A stretch of 64,000 bases of DNA, from positions 14,368,001 to 14,432,000 of the forward strand of contig CP086569.2 of NCBI GenBank assembly GCA_009914755.4, read 5' to 3'. Of the stretch, positions 27,561 to 50,811 are shown in pieces (position 1 is the first letter of the stretch; every line of letters starts with the position of its first letter). A program made the translations under genes and the position numbers. The notes under the pieces were generated by a model that saw only the letters and a list, made by a program, of their open reading frames with translations, was not told where the DNA came from and searched no databases. The DNA comes from the human T2T-CHM13v2.0 reference genome, Homo sapiens.

Positions 27561-29780
27561 TCCTCTGTTGCTCAGGGTGTGGCCGTTAGTGGAGGCTGTC
27601 TTGAAGTTTTGCTGTGAATGAGGATGCCAGATAGGCCTGTGCTTGAGCCCAAGAGTGGCATATCCTGGCAGCAGTGTTAGTGGGCCCAGCTTGTTCAGGT
27701 GCTGATAGTGGTAGCAGTGGCCAGGTGGGTGGGTGGATTCTAGACCACTGGGAAGTACATGTGGTATTGAGGTGGAAATTAGAGAAAGAAGAAATAAAAA
27801 CCAAAAGAGAAAAACAAGTTCCTGTGTTAGCCTGTCTCATCCCAAAAATCAGTAACAGACACAGCCCAGGCCCGGGCAAGGTCCTGAAAACACCAAGAAG
27901 TCAAGACCCAAAAGGAATGTGCTCTGGAGACCCTCCCAGCACTCCCCAACATAAGAAAAAGAAAAATAAAATTCCTCTTTTAGCCCTTTACCCACTTTCC
28001 ATAAATATTTTGCAAGTTTTGTAAGGTCCTGTTTCTCCTTTGATGCAGCTGCAATACCACAAGCTATGCTAGAGATTATGAGATCTGTCACTGTTTGATT
28101 AACTGTCTTTATTTCTGCTTCTGTAACCCTTTGTTCTGAGCTCAGTTTTTTTGGATGCAAATCCACTGAGCCAGTGTACATCTTAATAAAAATCCTCCTG
28201 TAAAACCCATTTGGTCCATCTGGTCCTCTGATTCCTGCAACAGTATGAGTAACGGCAGTAACAGTAGTAGCATAACTCTCTGACTCCCAAATAGTCCACA
28301 CTTGTGTTGGCAATGGTTGTAACAGGGTGGATGAGCCAGACCCCAAGACTGTATATAGCACATGCAACTGGCTATTCACTGTGGTGGTAGGGGCAGATTG
28401 GCTGGGCTTGACCCCAGGATCCTGGGAGAAGTGCCCAGGTGCCTGTGGTGGTTGACTGGGTTGGGAAATCCCCAGTACCCAGGAGAGCATGGTTGGGTAT
28501 TTGAGGGGCAGAATAGAGGTCAGATGGGCCTGTTCAGGTCCCTCAGTGGTTCATGCAGGTGCTGGGTGTTGTAGGCAGGATCAGGGTGATCCCTGTGTCT
28601 TTGGTGGGATGCTCCAATTCCCAGTGGAAATGCTGCAGCCCTCCTCCTGGGAAGTATAGGATTGCTTCCAATGGCAGCAGACATATGCTGGCAATTGGAA
28701 ATTATACACATTTCTTGTGGTTTGGCTCCATCGGTACCATCCCACAGTAGGCACAGACTGAGAAGGAGTTTGTCCTCAGGGCACTTGTAAATGTGTGGCA
28801 GCTTCATTTCAGAGGCAGTGGGAGCAGTGGGAGTAACTGGGAAGAGCAAAGGGCATGAGTCAGGGGTAAGGTCACTGTCAATGGCTTGTGCTTCAGCTCT
28901 GGAGGCAGCAGCCAACTGAGGCTATATCTGTGTATGGCAGATGTCCAGGAGGATCCAGGGATATGGAGACCCTGGGGCGTTTGGGCCCCGAAGCAGGGTA
29001 CAATCTGGTCAGGGCTGGCCTCTCAATATGGCACCTTGCTGTGCTTAGGACTCATGGGTGTGTGGGACCTAGTGTAAGCTCCGTCTCTGAACCAGTGCCA
29101 TGGTGTGGTCTCCAGGAGCCTGTGTTAATATTAAGGCCTGTGGGGATTGATGGCTTCTCCCATAGCTAGAATTGCAGAAGTCCATGGTGAGAATATGGAC
29201 CACTGGGAGTCTTTAATTTACCCTTTTCCTGAATTGAGGTGCCTCTCCAGGATCCCAGCCAATCCCAGCCAAGCAGGCTGCCTAATTTCCCTCTCATTCC
29301 TTGCTTTATGTGTTGCTTAATACTTCTGTGTTGAATTTCAGTGTTCTTTCTTATGTGATCTATTTGAAGAGATTATTTGCTATTTTGGTTCTTTGCCATG
29401 GAGATGAGTAGCAGTTCTCCCTGGTCAGACATTTTAAAGCTCCTTCCCCTCTTTCTATTGTTTTAAGGCAGAATATTTCTTAGGTTATTTAAGCATGTCT
29501 CATTACAAAAAGTGGAAAAATTCTTTTAACACTCTTTGTTAGGGTGGGAAAAAGTACAAAGGGCATGAATGGGGGCCAGGTCACTGACAATGGCTTATGC
29601 TTCAGCCCTGGAGGCAGGGCTATGTCTTTGGGTAGTGGATGTCAATGAGGATCCAGGGATGAGGAGATGTTGGGGTTTTTGGCCCCCAGGCAGGGTGCAA
29701 TCTGGTCAGGGCTGGGCTCTCAACATGGAACCCTGCTATGCTTAAGACTCATGGGTATTTTGGACTCAATGTGTGTAAAA
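27561..29780 (-). mobile_element. GC-rich segment adjoining the L1 ORF1 start: putative long L1PB/L1MA-type 5'UTR (alternatively an unrelated old repeat); contains two ~230-bp homologous blocks (28840-29080, 29555-29765)
   Basis: It is contiguous with L1 ORF1 on the same strand. Its periodic ccagg/ccagcc-rich composition resembles the long 5'UTRs of the other old L1s in this window (51.0-52.3 kb, 60.1-62.3 kb). I cannot confirm the family by eye. Confidence 0.4.
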
Positions 29781-30883
29781 AATACTACAAACATTACTAT
29801 ATACTTCATACATAGAAAAATCTAAAGGTTAATTTATAATCATTTATTTAAAATTTTTAATATTGAGATATTCTGGTTCAGGTTCAAAGTTTCCCATTAG
29901 TTCACCAAATGACCCTATGTGGGTCTGTGTTCATATGTACATGACCATGATTTTCAAATTGTTCTCTAACAAGATAATCCTGTTTTAAATTAGCTGTTTT
30001 GTGGACTGCTCCCTATGTCTTTTATATAACAGATTTAGAATTGCTCTATATTGAACTTCTTTTACACTATACCCTGTCCTCACTTCGAGGAGCTCTGAAG
30101 TATGGTGGAGCTCAGGGCACCAAAGAATACCATTAGCTAATCATTAAGACTTCATTTCTAAGTTTTGATTTCTAAGATTATTGATGTTTTCCAGAGTCAA
30201 TAATATCTCTTGCCTTTTTTCAATTGTCTAATTATTTCTACCATTGATTAGAAGATTTAGGATAGGAAATAGGCTTGAGGACCAATATTAATAATATTAA
30301 AAGAGTATTCTCAATAATTGCCAGTTAGGTAAGTTTACTTTGATCCTCTCCTGTGTAGAGGTCTGGATCTGTGTAAGGTAAAGCATTCTACTATAGTAAG
30401 AGAATGCAAATATTTGGACATTTGTTCCCAACTTATACATAAGATAGGAAATTCTAAAGTCATATGATAATAATGCTATTAATTCATGATTTTTTAAAAA
30501 GGAGAGGCCTCTTTTGGTGCATTTAATTTATAGATTATTGAACTGCCTATTGTTGGATATTTACGTAGAACAAACAAGCTTTAATGTACATGTAGCAAAT
30601 AGAGATGGCTACCTAAACTCAGGTTTGTGAATATGATTTTTATATTAATTGGATCATAAGGTAATTGAACAAATTAAAATTGTGCTATGTTCTCAATTTT
30701 TGACAAAGATATGATTGCAAGATTAAAGCTTTTTGAGACAATAATACTAAAGACTCATGTAACTAATACTTTTTGTAATCCAAATACATGGGCTTTTTTA
30801 CTTACTGTTCTGAAGTTGACAGTAGCATTAATAGACCACCATGTTGTTCTAAACTCTTTTAAAACCATGTAAGGAGTAAAACA

Positions 30884-31183
<300 letters not shown>

Positions 31184-31311
31184 GATTAAAACAAATGAAA
31201 AGGATATAACAGCTACCTTATAAATATCTGTCAGCCAACTAGCCAATATTTATTGAGCTTGGTGCCAGCCCTGAGGTCAGTGAAAGAAACCTCTGTTTAC
31301 AACAGTAGCAA

Positions 31312-31560
31312 GGCTGGGTCTAGTGGCTCATGCCTGTAATCCCAACACATTGTGAGGCTGAAGCAGGAGAATCACTTGAGCCCAGGAGTTGGAGACAGGC
31401 CTAAGAAACACAGGGAGACCTCCTCTCTACAAAAAATAAAGTTAGCCCGGCTTAGTGGTGTGTACTTGTAGTCCTACTTACCTGGGAGGCTAAGGTAAGA
31501 GGACCACTTGAGCTTAGGAGTTTGAGGCTGCAGTTAGCCATGATCTCAAAATATAAATAA
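31312..31560 (+). repeat. Alu SINE, old (AluJ-like), tail degraded
   Basis: ggctgggtctagtggctcatgcctgtaatcccaacacattgtgaggctgaagcaggagaatcacttgagcccaggagttggagacagg (J-type diagnostic region). Confidence 0.8.
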
Positions 31561-31782
31561 ATAATTTTTTAAATTACAAAATAAATAAAACAGCAACAAC
31601 TACCACACTACTGTTATTTTTATTATTTGCCTGAAACTGGCTGGAAGGTAGTAAAATGAAAGTTCAGAGCCCTTAGTAGCTCATTTTAAACTTTGATTTT
31701 TTTGGTGCGCCATTCTATACTCTACATGGTCTTGCCTAAATTTCCAACCTTATGGTTCCTTTCATTTGTTCTTTAGAGATAG

Positions 31783-32295
31783 GATCTTGCTCTGTTGCCC
31801 AGATTCACATAATCATAGCTAAATGCAGCCTCTACCTTTTGATCTGAAGTGATTCTCCCCATGTCAGCCTTCCAAGTAGCTGGGACTACAGGCGTGCACC
31901 ACCAAGCCTGGTTAATTTTTTATTTTTTGTAGAGGTGGGGTCTTGCTATGTTGCCTAGGCTGGTTTCAATCTGCTAGGCTCAAGCAATCCCAAGTGATCT
32001 GCTTGCCTTGGCCACTATGCCTGGCTATTTTTTTTTTTTTAAAGAGACAATGCAATCAATCACCATTTACTACAGCCTCGACCTCCTGGGCTCAAGGGGT
32101 TGTCCTCCCTCAGCCTTCCCACTAGCTGGGACTACAGGTAGGGACCACCATAACTGGCTAATTTTTTAACTATTTATAGAAAGAAGATCCCCACACATTG
32201 CCCAGACTTGTCTTGAACTCCTGGGATCAAGCAGTCCTCCCATCTCTGCTTCCTAAAGTGCTGGGATTACAGATGAGTGCCACTATGCCCAGCCC
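31783..32295 (-). repeat. Two adjacent old antisense Alu copies (31783-32026 and 32028-32295)
   Basis: gatcttgctctgttgcccag ... gtagctgggactacaggcgtgcaccacc ... then a poly-T run followed by a second ...gctgggattacagatgagtgccactatgcccagcc. Confidence 0.8.
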
Positions 32296-32989
32296 CAATT
32301 AGATAATCTTTATTGTAGCAGTACAAGCCGCAGACAAAACCTCTCAGACACGGAGTTGTAGAATGAAGGGCTTTATTCAGCTAGGAGCATCAGCAAGCTA
32401 CTGCCTTAAAATCTGAACTCCCTAAATGCACAATTTCTGTCCTTTTTAAGGGCTCACAACACTAAAGATTTCACATGAAAGAGTTGTGATTGATTTGAGC
32501 AAGCAGGCGATATGTGACAGGGGCTGCATGCACCAGTGGTCAGAGAGAAACAGAACAGGGCAGGGAGTTTCACAGTGTTGTTTTATACAGTGTCTGGAAT
32601 CTATGAGTAACATCGGTTTCTAAGTTATGAGTTGATTTTTAACTACTGGGCTTAGGCCAGGCAGGCCCAGGCCTGATTTCAGGCCTGGCACTGGGCTACC
32701 TGTCTTTGGTTTTACTTCCTTCTTGTTTTTTCTTAAAACAGTTACTGAATAGAAAACAATATAAAACAATATGAGAGATTCTCTCTTCCCTCATTTTGAT
32801 TCCGGTAAATGAGAAGAGCTGGTAAAAATTAGACGTAACAGTAAACTGTCTTAAAACTATTTTGGATAACATAAACAACATAGATCTATGAGAAAGTCTA
32901 GATAAATCATGATTTTGCTAGGTGACCTTTGACCTTTTAAGATTTGAGATTTGTATAAATTACAACCTAATATTAAAAATAAGCTACAT

Positions 32990-33905
32990 GGGAGACAGCT
33001 GGCAAGATAGCCTAATAGGAACAGCTCCTGTCTGCATCTCACAGCAAGAGCAACGCAGAAGCAGGTAATTTCTGCATTTCCAACTGAGGTACCCTGTTCA
33101 TCTCATTTTGACTGATTAGACAGTGAGTGCAGCCAATGGAGGGAGAGCACAAGCAGGGTGGGGAGTCACCTCATCCAGGAATTGCAAAGAGCAGGGGAAC
33201 TCCCTCCTCTCGACCCCCACACAATAATAGTGGAGACTTTAACACCCCACTGTCAATATTAGACAGGTGGACGAGACAGAAAATTTATCAGGATATTCAG
33301 GACTTGAACTCAGCTCTGGACCAAGCGAAACCGATAGAAATCTACAGAACTCTCCACCCCAAATCAACAGAATATACATTCTTCTCAGCACCACAAAGCA
33401 CTTATTCTAAAATTGATCACTTAAAAGGAAGTAAAACACTCCTCAGCAAATGCAAAAGAATGGAAATAATAACAGTCTCTCAGACCACAGAGTAATCAAA
33501 TTAGAACTCAGGATTAAGAAACTCAACAAACTGCTCAACTACATGGAAACTGAACAACCTGCTCCTGAATGACTACTGGGTAAATAATAAAATTAAGGTA
33601 GAAATAAGTTCTTTGAGACCAATGAGAACAAAGACACACTTACCAGAATCTCTGGGACACAGCTAAAACAGCGTTAAGAGGGAAATCTGTAGTACTAAAT
33701 GCCCACATCAGAAAGTGGGAAAGATCTAAAATTGACACCCTAACTAACATCACAACTTAAAGAACTGGAGAAACAAGAGCAAACAAATTCAAAAGCAAGC
33801 AAAAGACAAGAAAAACTAAGATCAGAGCAACCCATATTTAAAAAACCCCATTGTCTCAGTCCAAAAACTGCTTAAGCTCACAAGCAACTTTGGCAAATTC
33901 ATAGG
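32990..33905 (+). mobile_element. Internally deleted / rearranged L1PA-like element: 5'UTR start fused to ORF2 endonuclease C-terminal segment, then a jump to an RT-region segment
   Basis: gggagacagctggcaagatagcctaataggaacagctcc matches the L1 5' terminus gggaggagccaagatggccgaataggaacagctcc. At ~33226 it switches to EN-coding text (GDFNTPLSILDRWTRQKI...LHPKSTEYTFFSAPQSTYSKIDHL; ORF 33127-33495). It ends at about 33905. Confidence 0.75.
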
Positions 33906-34671
33906 ATGGTGGTCAGAAAGAGAAGATAATCTACTACTTGAACTTCATGACTGTGAGAGGAAACTCACAGTCATGAACTGATAACCCACAAAGGTGAACT
34001 TAAACTCATGTCTGTTCCTTTTGTCTCTGATGATATGGGAATGCTGTCAAACATAGGACCATTTGTCACAGGACTAATCACACAAACACCTGGCTCAGCA
34101 ATCAGAGAAAACTGAAGAAACATACTGGAGGAGCAGGAACATTGTCAGTGCCAGATACTGCTTTATGCCAACAACATTAATCAGCAGATCAGCAATAGTG
34201 TGTGACCTACAAAATAGTTGATCCCTCTCACATCAGGCTTCCAACTCTCAATGGATTCTTCCCTTGTAATCTATGCTAACTGGAAAAAATACAAGAAAAA
34301 ACTACTAGTATTTGTTGTCAAACGTAGCCAAATTCATATGCGATAGTCCACCCTATTTGTAAATTGGTACACATGTAAAATATCTTTAACTTACTCTCTT
34401 TAACTCCAAATAAAGAAGGCATTATACCTTTTCCTAACTGTTTCCACAAAAGAGTATATAAGTCCTCTTTGTTATCTATCTTTTCCTTTGATATGTTTAA
34501 CTCAGCTAAACTAACAACAAATAGAGAGGTATAAAGTTAGCTATTACTAATATGTTATGCAAGATAATAAGGAGTGGAAAGATGACGTGGCAATGTCAGG
34601 AAATTACCCTATATGTTATAAAAAGGGGAGGAACCCTTAGTTCTAGGAATCTCTTTTTCATTTTTTTTATT

Positions 34672-34965
<294 letters not shown>

Positions 34966-35294
34966 ACCCAGTTCTAGGAATTACTTACCACTTTTCCAGA
35001 AAACTCATGAATAATCCACCTCTTGTTTAGCATATAATCTGGAAATAACTATAAGTATACTAAATCAGGCAGCCCATGCCACTGCTCTGCCTATGGAGTA
35101 GCCATTATTTTATTTCCATACTTTCCTAATAGACTTGCTTTCACTTAACTCTATGTACTTGCCCTGAATTCTTTCTTGCGTGAGGTCCAAAAATCCTCTC
35201 TTGGGGGTCTAAATAAAGACCCCTTTCTGGTAAAAGTTGTAAGGATTGTTGGTTTGCTTTTTCAGTTTTGAGTTTTGTTGGGGTGGGGGATTAT

Positions 35295-35410
35295 GGAATC
35301 ATGCTGTGTTGCCCAGGCTGACTTTGAACTACTGGGCTCAAAATATCCTCCTAATTCAGCCTTCTGAGTAGCTGGGATTACAGGTGTGAGCCACCATCCC
35401 TGCTAATTTT
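35295..35410 (-). repeat. Alu fragment (monomer-size, antisense)
   Basis: gctgtgttgcccaggctgactttgaactactgggctcaaaatatcctcctaattcagccttctgagtagctgggattacaggtgtgagccaccatccctgc. Confidence 0.7.
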
Positions 35411-36001
35411 TAAGTTTTTATGTTGATCTTCATTAATATTATCCCAAATACAGAAAATCTGTGGAGAAGACTGGATTAATTATTATTTACTTTAGAGCAA
35501 ATAACAACTGCATGCTTCTCTGAATTACAATTTGAGTTACATGCTCTAATTTATTATTTTGGGGTAATGCTATGAGAGCGAGGCATAGATACCAAGGAAA
35601 ATGAATCTGGATGCTTATATTTATATCATTCTCTTCCCTTCCTGAAAGAAGAGTGAAAGACATTCCTCTTTGTATAGAATTCTTATGTCATTTTTAACTT
35701 TTTTGAATGTGGAGAGATCTCATCACAAGAAATTTAAGCTCATTTTGTCAAGCTTTACAATACAAGCCTGTGTACATGGTTATGGATCTCATCTCTCTTT
35801 GGAATGTTACTTAACTTCTGAAGTTAGGTACATATTAATATATCTGGAATTTTTTAAACTCAAAATCTTAACTTTTATTATTGATTTTTTCCCAATAAGA
35901 TTAAGGCTGATATTGCCACATTTGACAGATAAAGAAGCTGAGACCCCAAAATGGTTAGATTCAGGACATCACATAGTGAGAAAGCTGAGAGTGCTTTCTT
36001 A

Positions 36002-36223
<222 letters not shown>

Positions 36224-38554
36224 CTAATCTACTAATCCATAAACAGATTAATGCATTCATGAGGAGAGAGTCCTTATGACCTCATCAGCTCTTAAAGACT
36301 CCACCTCTCAGTACCTATGCTAGGGATAAAGTATAAACATGAGTTTTCAAGAGGACAAATATTTAACCATGGCATTTTATTCTTGGTCCTCCCCACTTGC
36401 ATGTGAGAAGTAATGTCTTCTCACACACAAATATTTATTCCATTGCCATGGTCTCAACACCTTAACTTGTTCCAGCATCAATTCAAAAGCCCAAAGTTCC
36501 TAGTCTCAAATGTGAAATCTAAATAATGTATTTACTTCCAAGATGCAGTAGTGGTAAAGGCATAAGGTAGGTATTTCTATTCCAAAAGAAAGAAGTAACG
36601 GGTTCCAAGCAAATCTGAAACCCAACCCAGCAGACATTAAATTTTAAGCTGGAGAAATAACTTTTGACTCCATTTGCTGCCTTGTGGACACCCTGGTATA
36701 AGGAATAAATCCCAAAGGTTGTAGGAAGCCCCACTTCTATGGAGGCTTTGCTGGGTGCAGCTCATGTGGCTACTCAGAGGGTTAGAGTTCAGTGCCCGAA
36801 GCTTTCCCAGGCAGGTGTTACATGCTGCAAATGACTCCACAGTTCTGGGGTCCCTATAGTAGTCCCGCTGTTGCCTTAGTGCAGACCCTATAGTGGACTA
36901 ACTTGCATGGCTCCACTAGGTATCACCCTGGTGGAGACTCTCTAGATACTCTGACCCCACATTTCTTGTTGGCCTTACTCTGGTAGAGGATCTCTGGATG
37001 CTACACCTTTGTGACAAGTCTTTTTCTGGTCCCCCTACACTTTCGACAACATCCTTTAAAATATCAGTGGAAACATTCTTTAAAAGATTGCTGGAACATA
37101 CCACCATTCCTTTTGTACGCTGGGCCTGCATAATTGATACCATATGAATGCTACCAAGTATTTTCAGCTTGTCCATATTGGAGTGGCAAGTTGGGTTACA
37201 CTTTGGACAACTTGAATGACAGCTGTGGTGGCAAAAAGGCACAGTGTTGGAATGCAAGGAGCGGAGATCTGAGGAGGACCCTGTGGTGTTCTGTGGAGGG
37301 TACTGTAGGTCTGCATCCTCAAATCATTCTGCTATTCTGGCCTTTTGACCTGTGGTGGGAAGTGCAGCTGGGAAGATCTCTGAAATCTTTTCAGGGACTA
37401 TTTCCATTTTCTTGATTATTTCTCCTCTCTGTACTAATTGCCATAATAAAGGCTTACAGAGCTACTCCCTTGGTTATCTCTCAAACATGTTTTTTTTTAC
37501 ACAATATTTGGCTAGGCTGAGGTTTTCAAATCTTTTCACTCTGTTTTCCTCTTAACTGTAATTCTGCTTTTATCTTCTTCTTTCTCTTTTTCTGGCTATT
37601 GAATCTCAGCATAAACAGCCAAAAGCAACCATACAGCTTCTAAATATTTTGTTGAGAACTTTCTTCTGCCAGATACCCATTTTCATCACTCTCAAGTTTG
37701 GCCTTCCACAAAGACTGTGGACTTGGACATAGGTTAGTCAAGTTTTTTGCCAATTTATTACAGTTTCCAATACTTTATTCCCCCGTTCCATCTACCTTTT
37801 CAGAATGACCTTTACTGTTGATATTTTTATCAGCATTCTAGTCAAGATCTCTTAATCTCTAAAGAGTTTCAATCTCTTCCTACTTTTCTTGTCTCCTAAG
37901 GTTTAACCAGAATCAAGCCCTAATCCTCCAAATTCTTCCCGCCTCTGCTCATTATCTAGTTTTAAATCCGTTTCCACATTTTCAGGCATTTGTTTTCATC
38001 AAGCCTCCCCTTCTGATGTTAATTTTCTGCCTTAATCTGTTTTCTAATGCTAGTAACATCATACTTGACATGGGGTAATTTATTTTTCAAGAATATATAT
38101 ATATATATTTTTTGCAGGTATGGATAGGCCACATCTAGTGAGGGCCTTCTTGCTGGTGGGAACTCTGCAGAATCTGGAAGCAATGTAGGGTGTCATATGT
38201 TGAGGGGGCTGAGTGTCTAGCTCATGTATCTCTTTACTTCTCATATAAAATTACCAATCCCACACCTGTGATAACCCAACCTATTCATGAGGGCAGAACC
38301 ATTCTGGCCTAGTTCCCTCTTAGAGGTCCCATTTGTTAATACTGCCACATTAAGTGTTAAATTCAACCTGAGTTTTGGGAGGGACAAATATTTAAATTAT
38401 AGAAATTCTAAACTACTTTATGTTAACAAATCTAGGAATTTAGATTAAGCGGACAAATTTTTGAAAGTTATAAACTAATAAGTTCACTTATAAGAAATGG
38501 ATAATCTAAATGGTAGAGTTAACTTTTTTTTGAAAGGAAAATAATACTAATTCA

Positions 38555-38950
<396 letters not shown>

Positions 38951-38952
38951 TC

Positions 38953-39056
38953 ATATATATATATATACACACATATATATACACACACATATATATACAC
39001 ATATATATACACACACACACACACATATATATATATACATACATATATATATATAA
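38953..39056. repeat. (TA)n/(CA)n compound microsatellite
   Basis: tatatatatatatacacacatatatatacacacacatatatatacacatatatatacacacacacacacatatatatatatacatacatatatatatata. Confidence 0.9.
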
Positions 39057-39064
39057 AACCAGAT

Positions 39065-39410
<346 letters not shown>

Positions 39411-39627
39411 AACACATAAAGCATTACAAGGAAAGAAAATTAGATAATTACGGAAAATATCTTCAATCAATGTGATGCCTATGTCCTAAAAAATTTAGTA
39501 AACCAAATGTAGAGATTAAAAATATATTATACTGTTATACTATTGCCAAGGGTATTATTACAGGAATACAGAAATAGAAAAAGAACTAGTGTTAGTTATC
39601 TAGATGGGTATATTAAAACATTTGACA

Positions 39628-40090
39628 AAACCCAACATCCATTCTAATACACAATGACAATTTCTCAAACAGATTTTAAGAAGCCATATACAAATATCTG
39701 AAACCAGTCTTATGCTTAATGGTGAAAGGCTGAATACTCTGCCCAAAATTATCAGGAACAAGACACGGATGCCTACTGTTACTACTGCTATTCAACATCA
39801 AACTAGATATTCCAGCTAGTATAATAAAAAGTGAGTAAAAAACATCCAGACTCCAACAGGAAAATTAAAACTATTCACTGTTTCACCAAAAAAAGACATA
39901 AATGACTAACAGGCATATAAAAACATTCTAAGTATCACTAATCATTACAGAACTGCAAATTAGGACTGCAGTGAGATATCACATCACACCAATTTGGCAA
40001 TTATAAAAAAAGATAAATATTGATGAAGATATGGAGGAAAAAAACACTTGCACACTGTTGGTAGAAATGTAAATTAACATATACATCTTG
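39628..40090 (+). mobile_element. Old L1 ORF2 3' fragment, left half of an element split by the 40091-48112 L1 insertion
   Basis: gaactgcaaattaggactgcagtgagatatcacatcacaccaatttggcaattataaaaaaag ... cacttgcacactgttggtagaaatgtaaattaac. The ORF2 C-terminal text continues at 48640. Confidence 0.7.
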
Positions 40091-48112
<8,022 letters not shown>

Positions 48113-48639
48113 TGCTGACACCTGAACTACAGAACAGAAGGCAACTGGCCTGATTCTTGGGTTACTTTGTGAGAGTTTTGCCATATGGACATTAGATCTC
48201 CTTTTGTCAATATCCTGTTAAAAGAGGTCCTGCAATTGCTGGCAATTATAGTCTTACAATTTAATATTTGTTTGTTTCTGGGGTTATTTTGCTGTTCCAT
48301 TGTATTCAGTCATCACGGTGAAATTTACAGCACTGCTTTTCTATCAGCATCACTATGTATTCTGGTCCTCTTTTCTTTAATGACATTTTTCTTAGGCTGT
48401 ATGACTATATGATCCTAATAAACTTAACTGAACTATGCTGGGGTAAGTGTTGGTTGAATTGCAATCTTCTTTTCATACTCTCTGCCTTTTGAATTAACTT
48501 TGTAAAGCTCAAAGAAAAATATGAAACACCCCAAGCCCTAAATGGATTGGTACAGAGATCCAATTACCTGGTTTTTAAAAACCCAACATATTTATTATGG
48601 AAAATAGTAGCAAGAAATCTCGCTACTATTTTCCATAAC

Positions 48640-48962
48640 TAAAATTTTTCAAACTAAAAATGAAACTGTCATATGACTTCTGTAAACCCAGTACTAAGTC
48701 TATATTCAAAGGAAGTAAAATCAGTATTTGCAGAGATATCTGTACTTTTATGCTCACTGCCATATTATTCACAATGGCCAAGGTATGGAATCATCCTAAG
48801 TGTCCATCTGTGGGTAAATGATTAAAGAAAATGTGGTATGTTTATGCACACCGAGTGAATTTGAACCTGGAAGACATTAACAGTGAGATAAGCCAAGCAC
48901 AGAAAAAAAGAAAAAAGAAAAACTCATTATCTTCCTCATAAGTGGAATCTAAAATAATTGAT
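48640..48962 (+). mobile_element. Old L1 ORF2/3'UTR fragment, right half of the element split at 40090
   Basis: ctcactgccatattattcacaatggccaaggtatggaatcatcctaagtgtccatctgtgggtaaatgattaaagaaaatgtggtatg (the ...FTIAK.W..PKCPS.D.WIKKMW... region). Confidence 0.7.
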
Positions 48963-48966
48963 CTCA

Positions 48967-49662
<696 letters not shown>

Positions 49663-49989
49663 TTAAAGGACACAAAATTTAAGATACAAGAAGTAAGTTA
49701 AAGAGATTTATTGTACAACATGATGACTATAATTCATAACATAGTCTTGAAAAATGTTGAGAGATTTCAAATGTTATGGCCAAAAATTATTAATTTGTGA
49801 GGTAGTTCATGTTAACTAGCTAGATTTAACCATTCTATAATGTGTATACATATATATATACTTCAAAACATCATATTATATACATAATAAACATATGTAA
49901 TTTTATCCATGAATTAAAAAATGCGTAAAGGATTATCCTCTCTTCCCATATACATAACTATATTATTAATAAAATTAAATGTAAATTTT

Positions 49990-50278
49990 TTTTTTTGAGA
50001 CACAGTCTCATTTGTCGCCCTGGCTGGAGTGCAGTGGTGCCATATCAACTCACTGCAACTTCCGTCTCCTGAGTTCAAGCGATTCTCCTGACTCAGCCTC
50101 CTGAGTAGCTGGGACTACAGGCATGTGCCACCATGACCAGCTAATTTTTTATATTTTTTGGTAGAGATGAGGTTTCACCATGTTAGCCAGGATGGTCTTG
50201 ATCTCCTGACCTTGTGATCCACCCACCTCTGTCTCCCAAAGTGCTGGGATTACAGGCATGAGCCACTGCACTCTGCCA
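49990..50278 (-). repeat. Alu SINE (antisense), TSD aaatgtaaattttt
   Basis: tttttttttttgagacacagtctcatttgtcgccctggctggagtgcagtggtgccat ... ggcatgagccactgcactctgcc. The TSD is on both flanks. Confidence 0.9.
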
Positions 50279-50329
50279 AATGTAAATTTTTATATTTTGT
50301 GATATAACATTTTATACTGCATGATAGAG

Positions 50330-50810
50330 GTATATGTACAAAAATTCAACATATCGATGTATGCAGAAAAAGCATTTGACATGAGGCAACCCTTATTCAG
50401 AATGAAAATATTAAGCAAACTAGGAACTAACAATTTTTTTCAACTTTATAAAGAACACCCATAAAAACTTACAGCTAACATCATAATGGTAAAAAACAAA
50501 ATGCTTTTCCCCTAAAATTGAGTACAAGACAAAGATCTCCCCTTTAACTACTTCTGTCAACATTGTACCAGAACTCTGAGCTAATGCAATAAGACATGAC
50601 AAGGAAATAAAAATATGAAAATTGGGAGGAAGGGAATAAAACTCTCATTGTGTACAGATGCAAAGTCTATAAAAATGAATTGTCAAAAATACTTCTGAAA
50701 CTAAGCAGTAATTACAGGAAGGATGCAGGATACAGTTAATATATTAAAATCATTGCTTCCATGTACAAGAATGAAAATTGGAAAATTAAATTAAATATCA
50801 CTGAGTGGAA
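50330..50810 (+). mobile_element. Old L1 ORF2 (reverse-transcriptase region) fragment
   Basis: Its plus-strand translation resembles L1 RT: ...DAEKAFD..QPLF..K.L.KLG... (atatcgatgtatgcagaaaaagcatttgacatgaggcaacccttattcagaatgaaaatattaagcaaactagg). Confidence 0.65.
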
Positions 50811-50811
50811 C

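Noticed and set aside
27849-28490. 213-aa stop-free minus-strand ORF
   Set aside because: It sits in GC-rich sequence contiguous with the L1 5' end. The long open frame is plausibly compositional, and it has no start/splice context or recognisable domain. It is kept as a finding for checking but not called as a CDS.
33905-34670. Unique-looking ~750-bp stretch after the rearranged L1, considered as a processed pseudogene
   Set aside because: It has no poly-A tail, no TSD and no sustained open frame. I could not recognise any parent gene.
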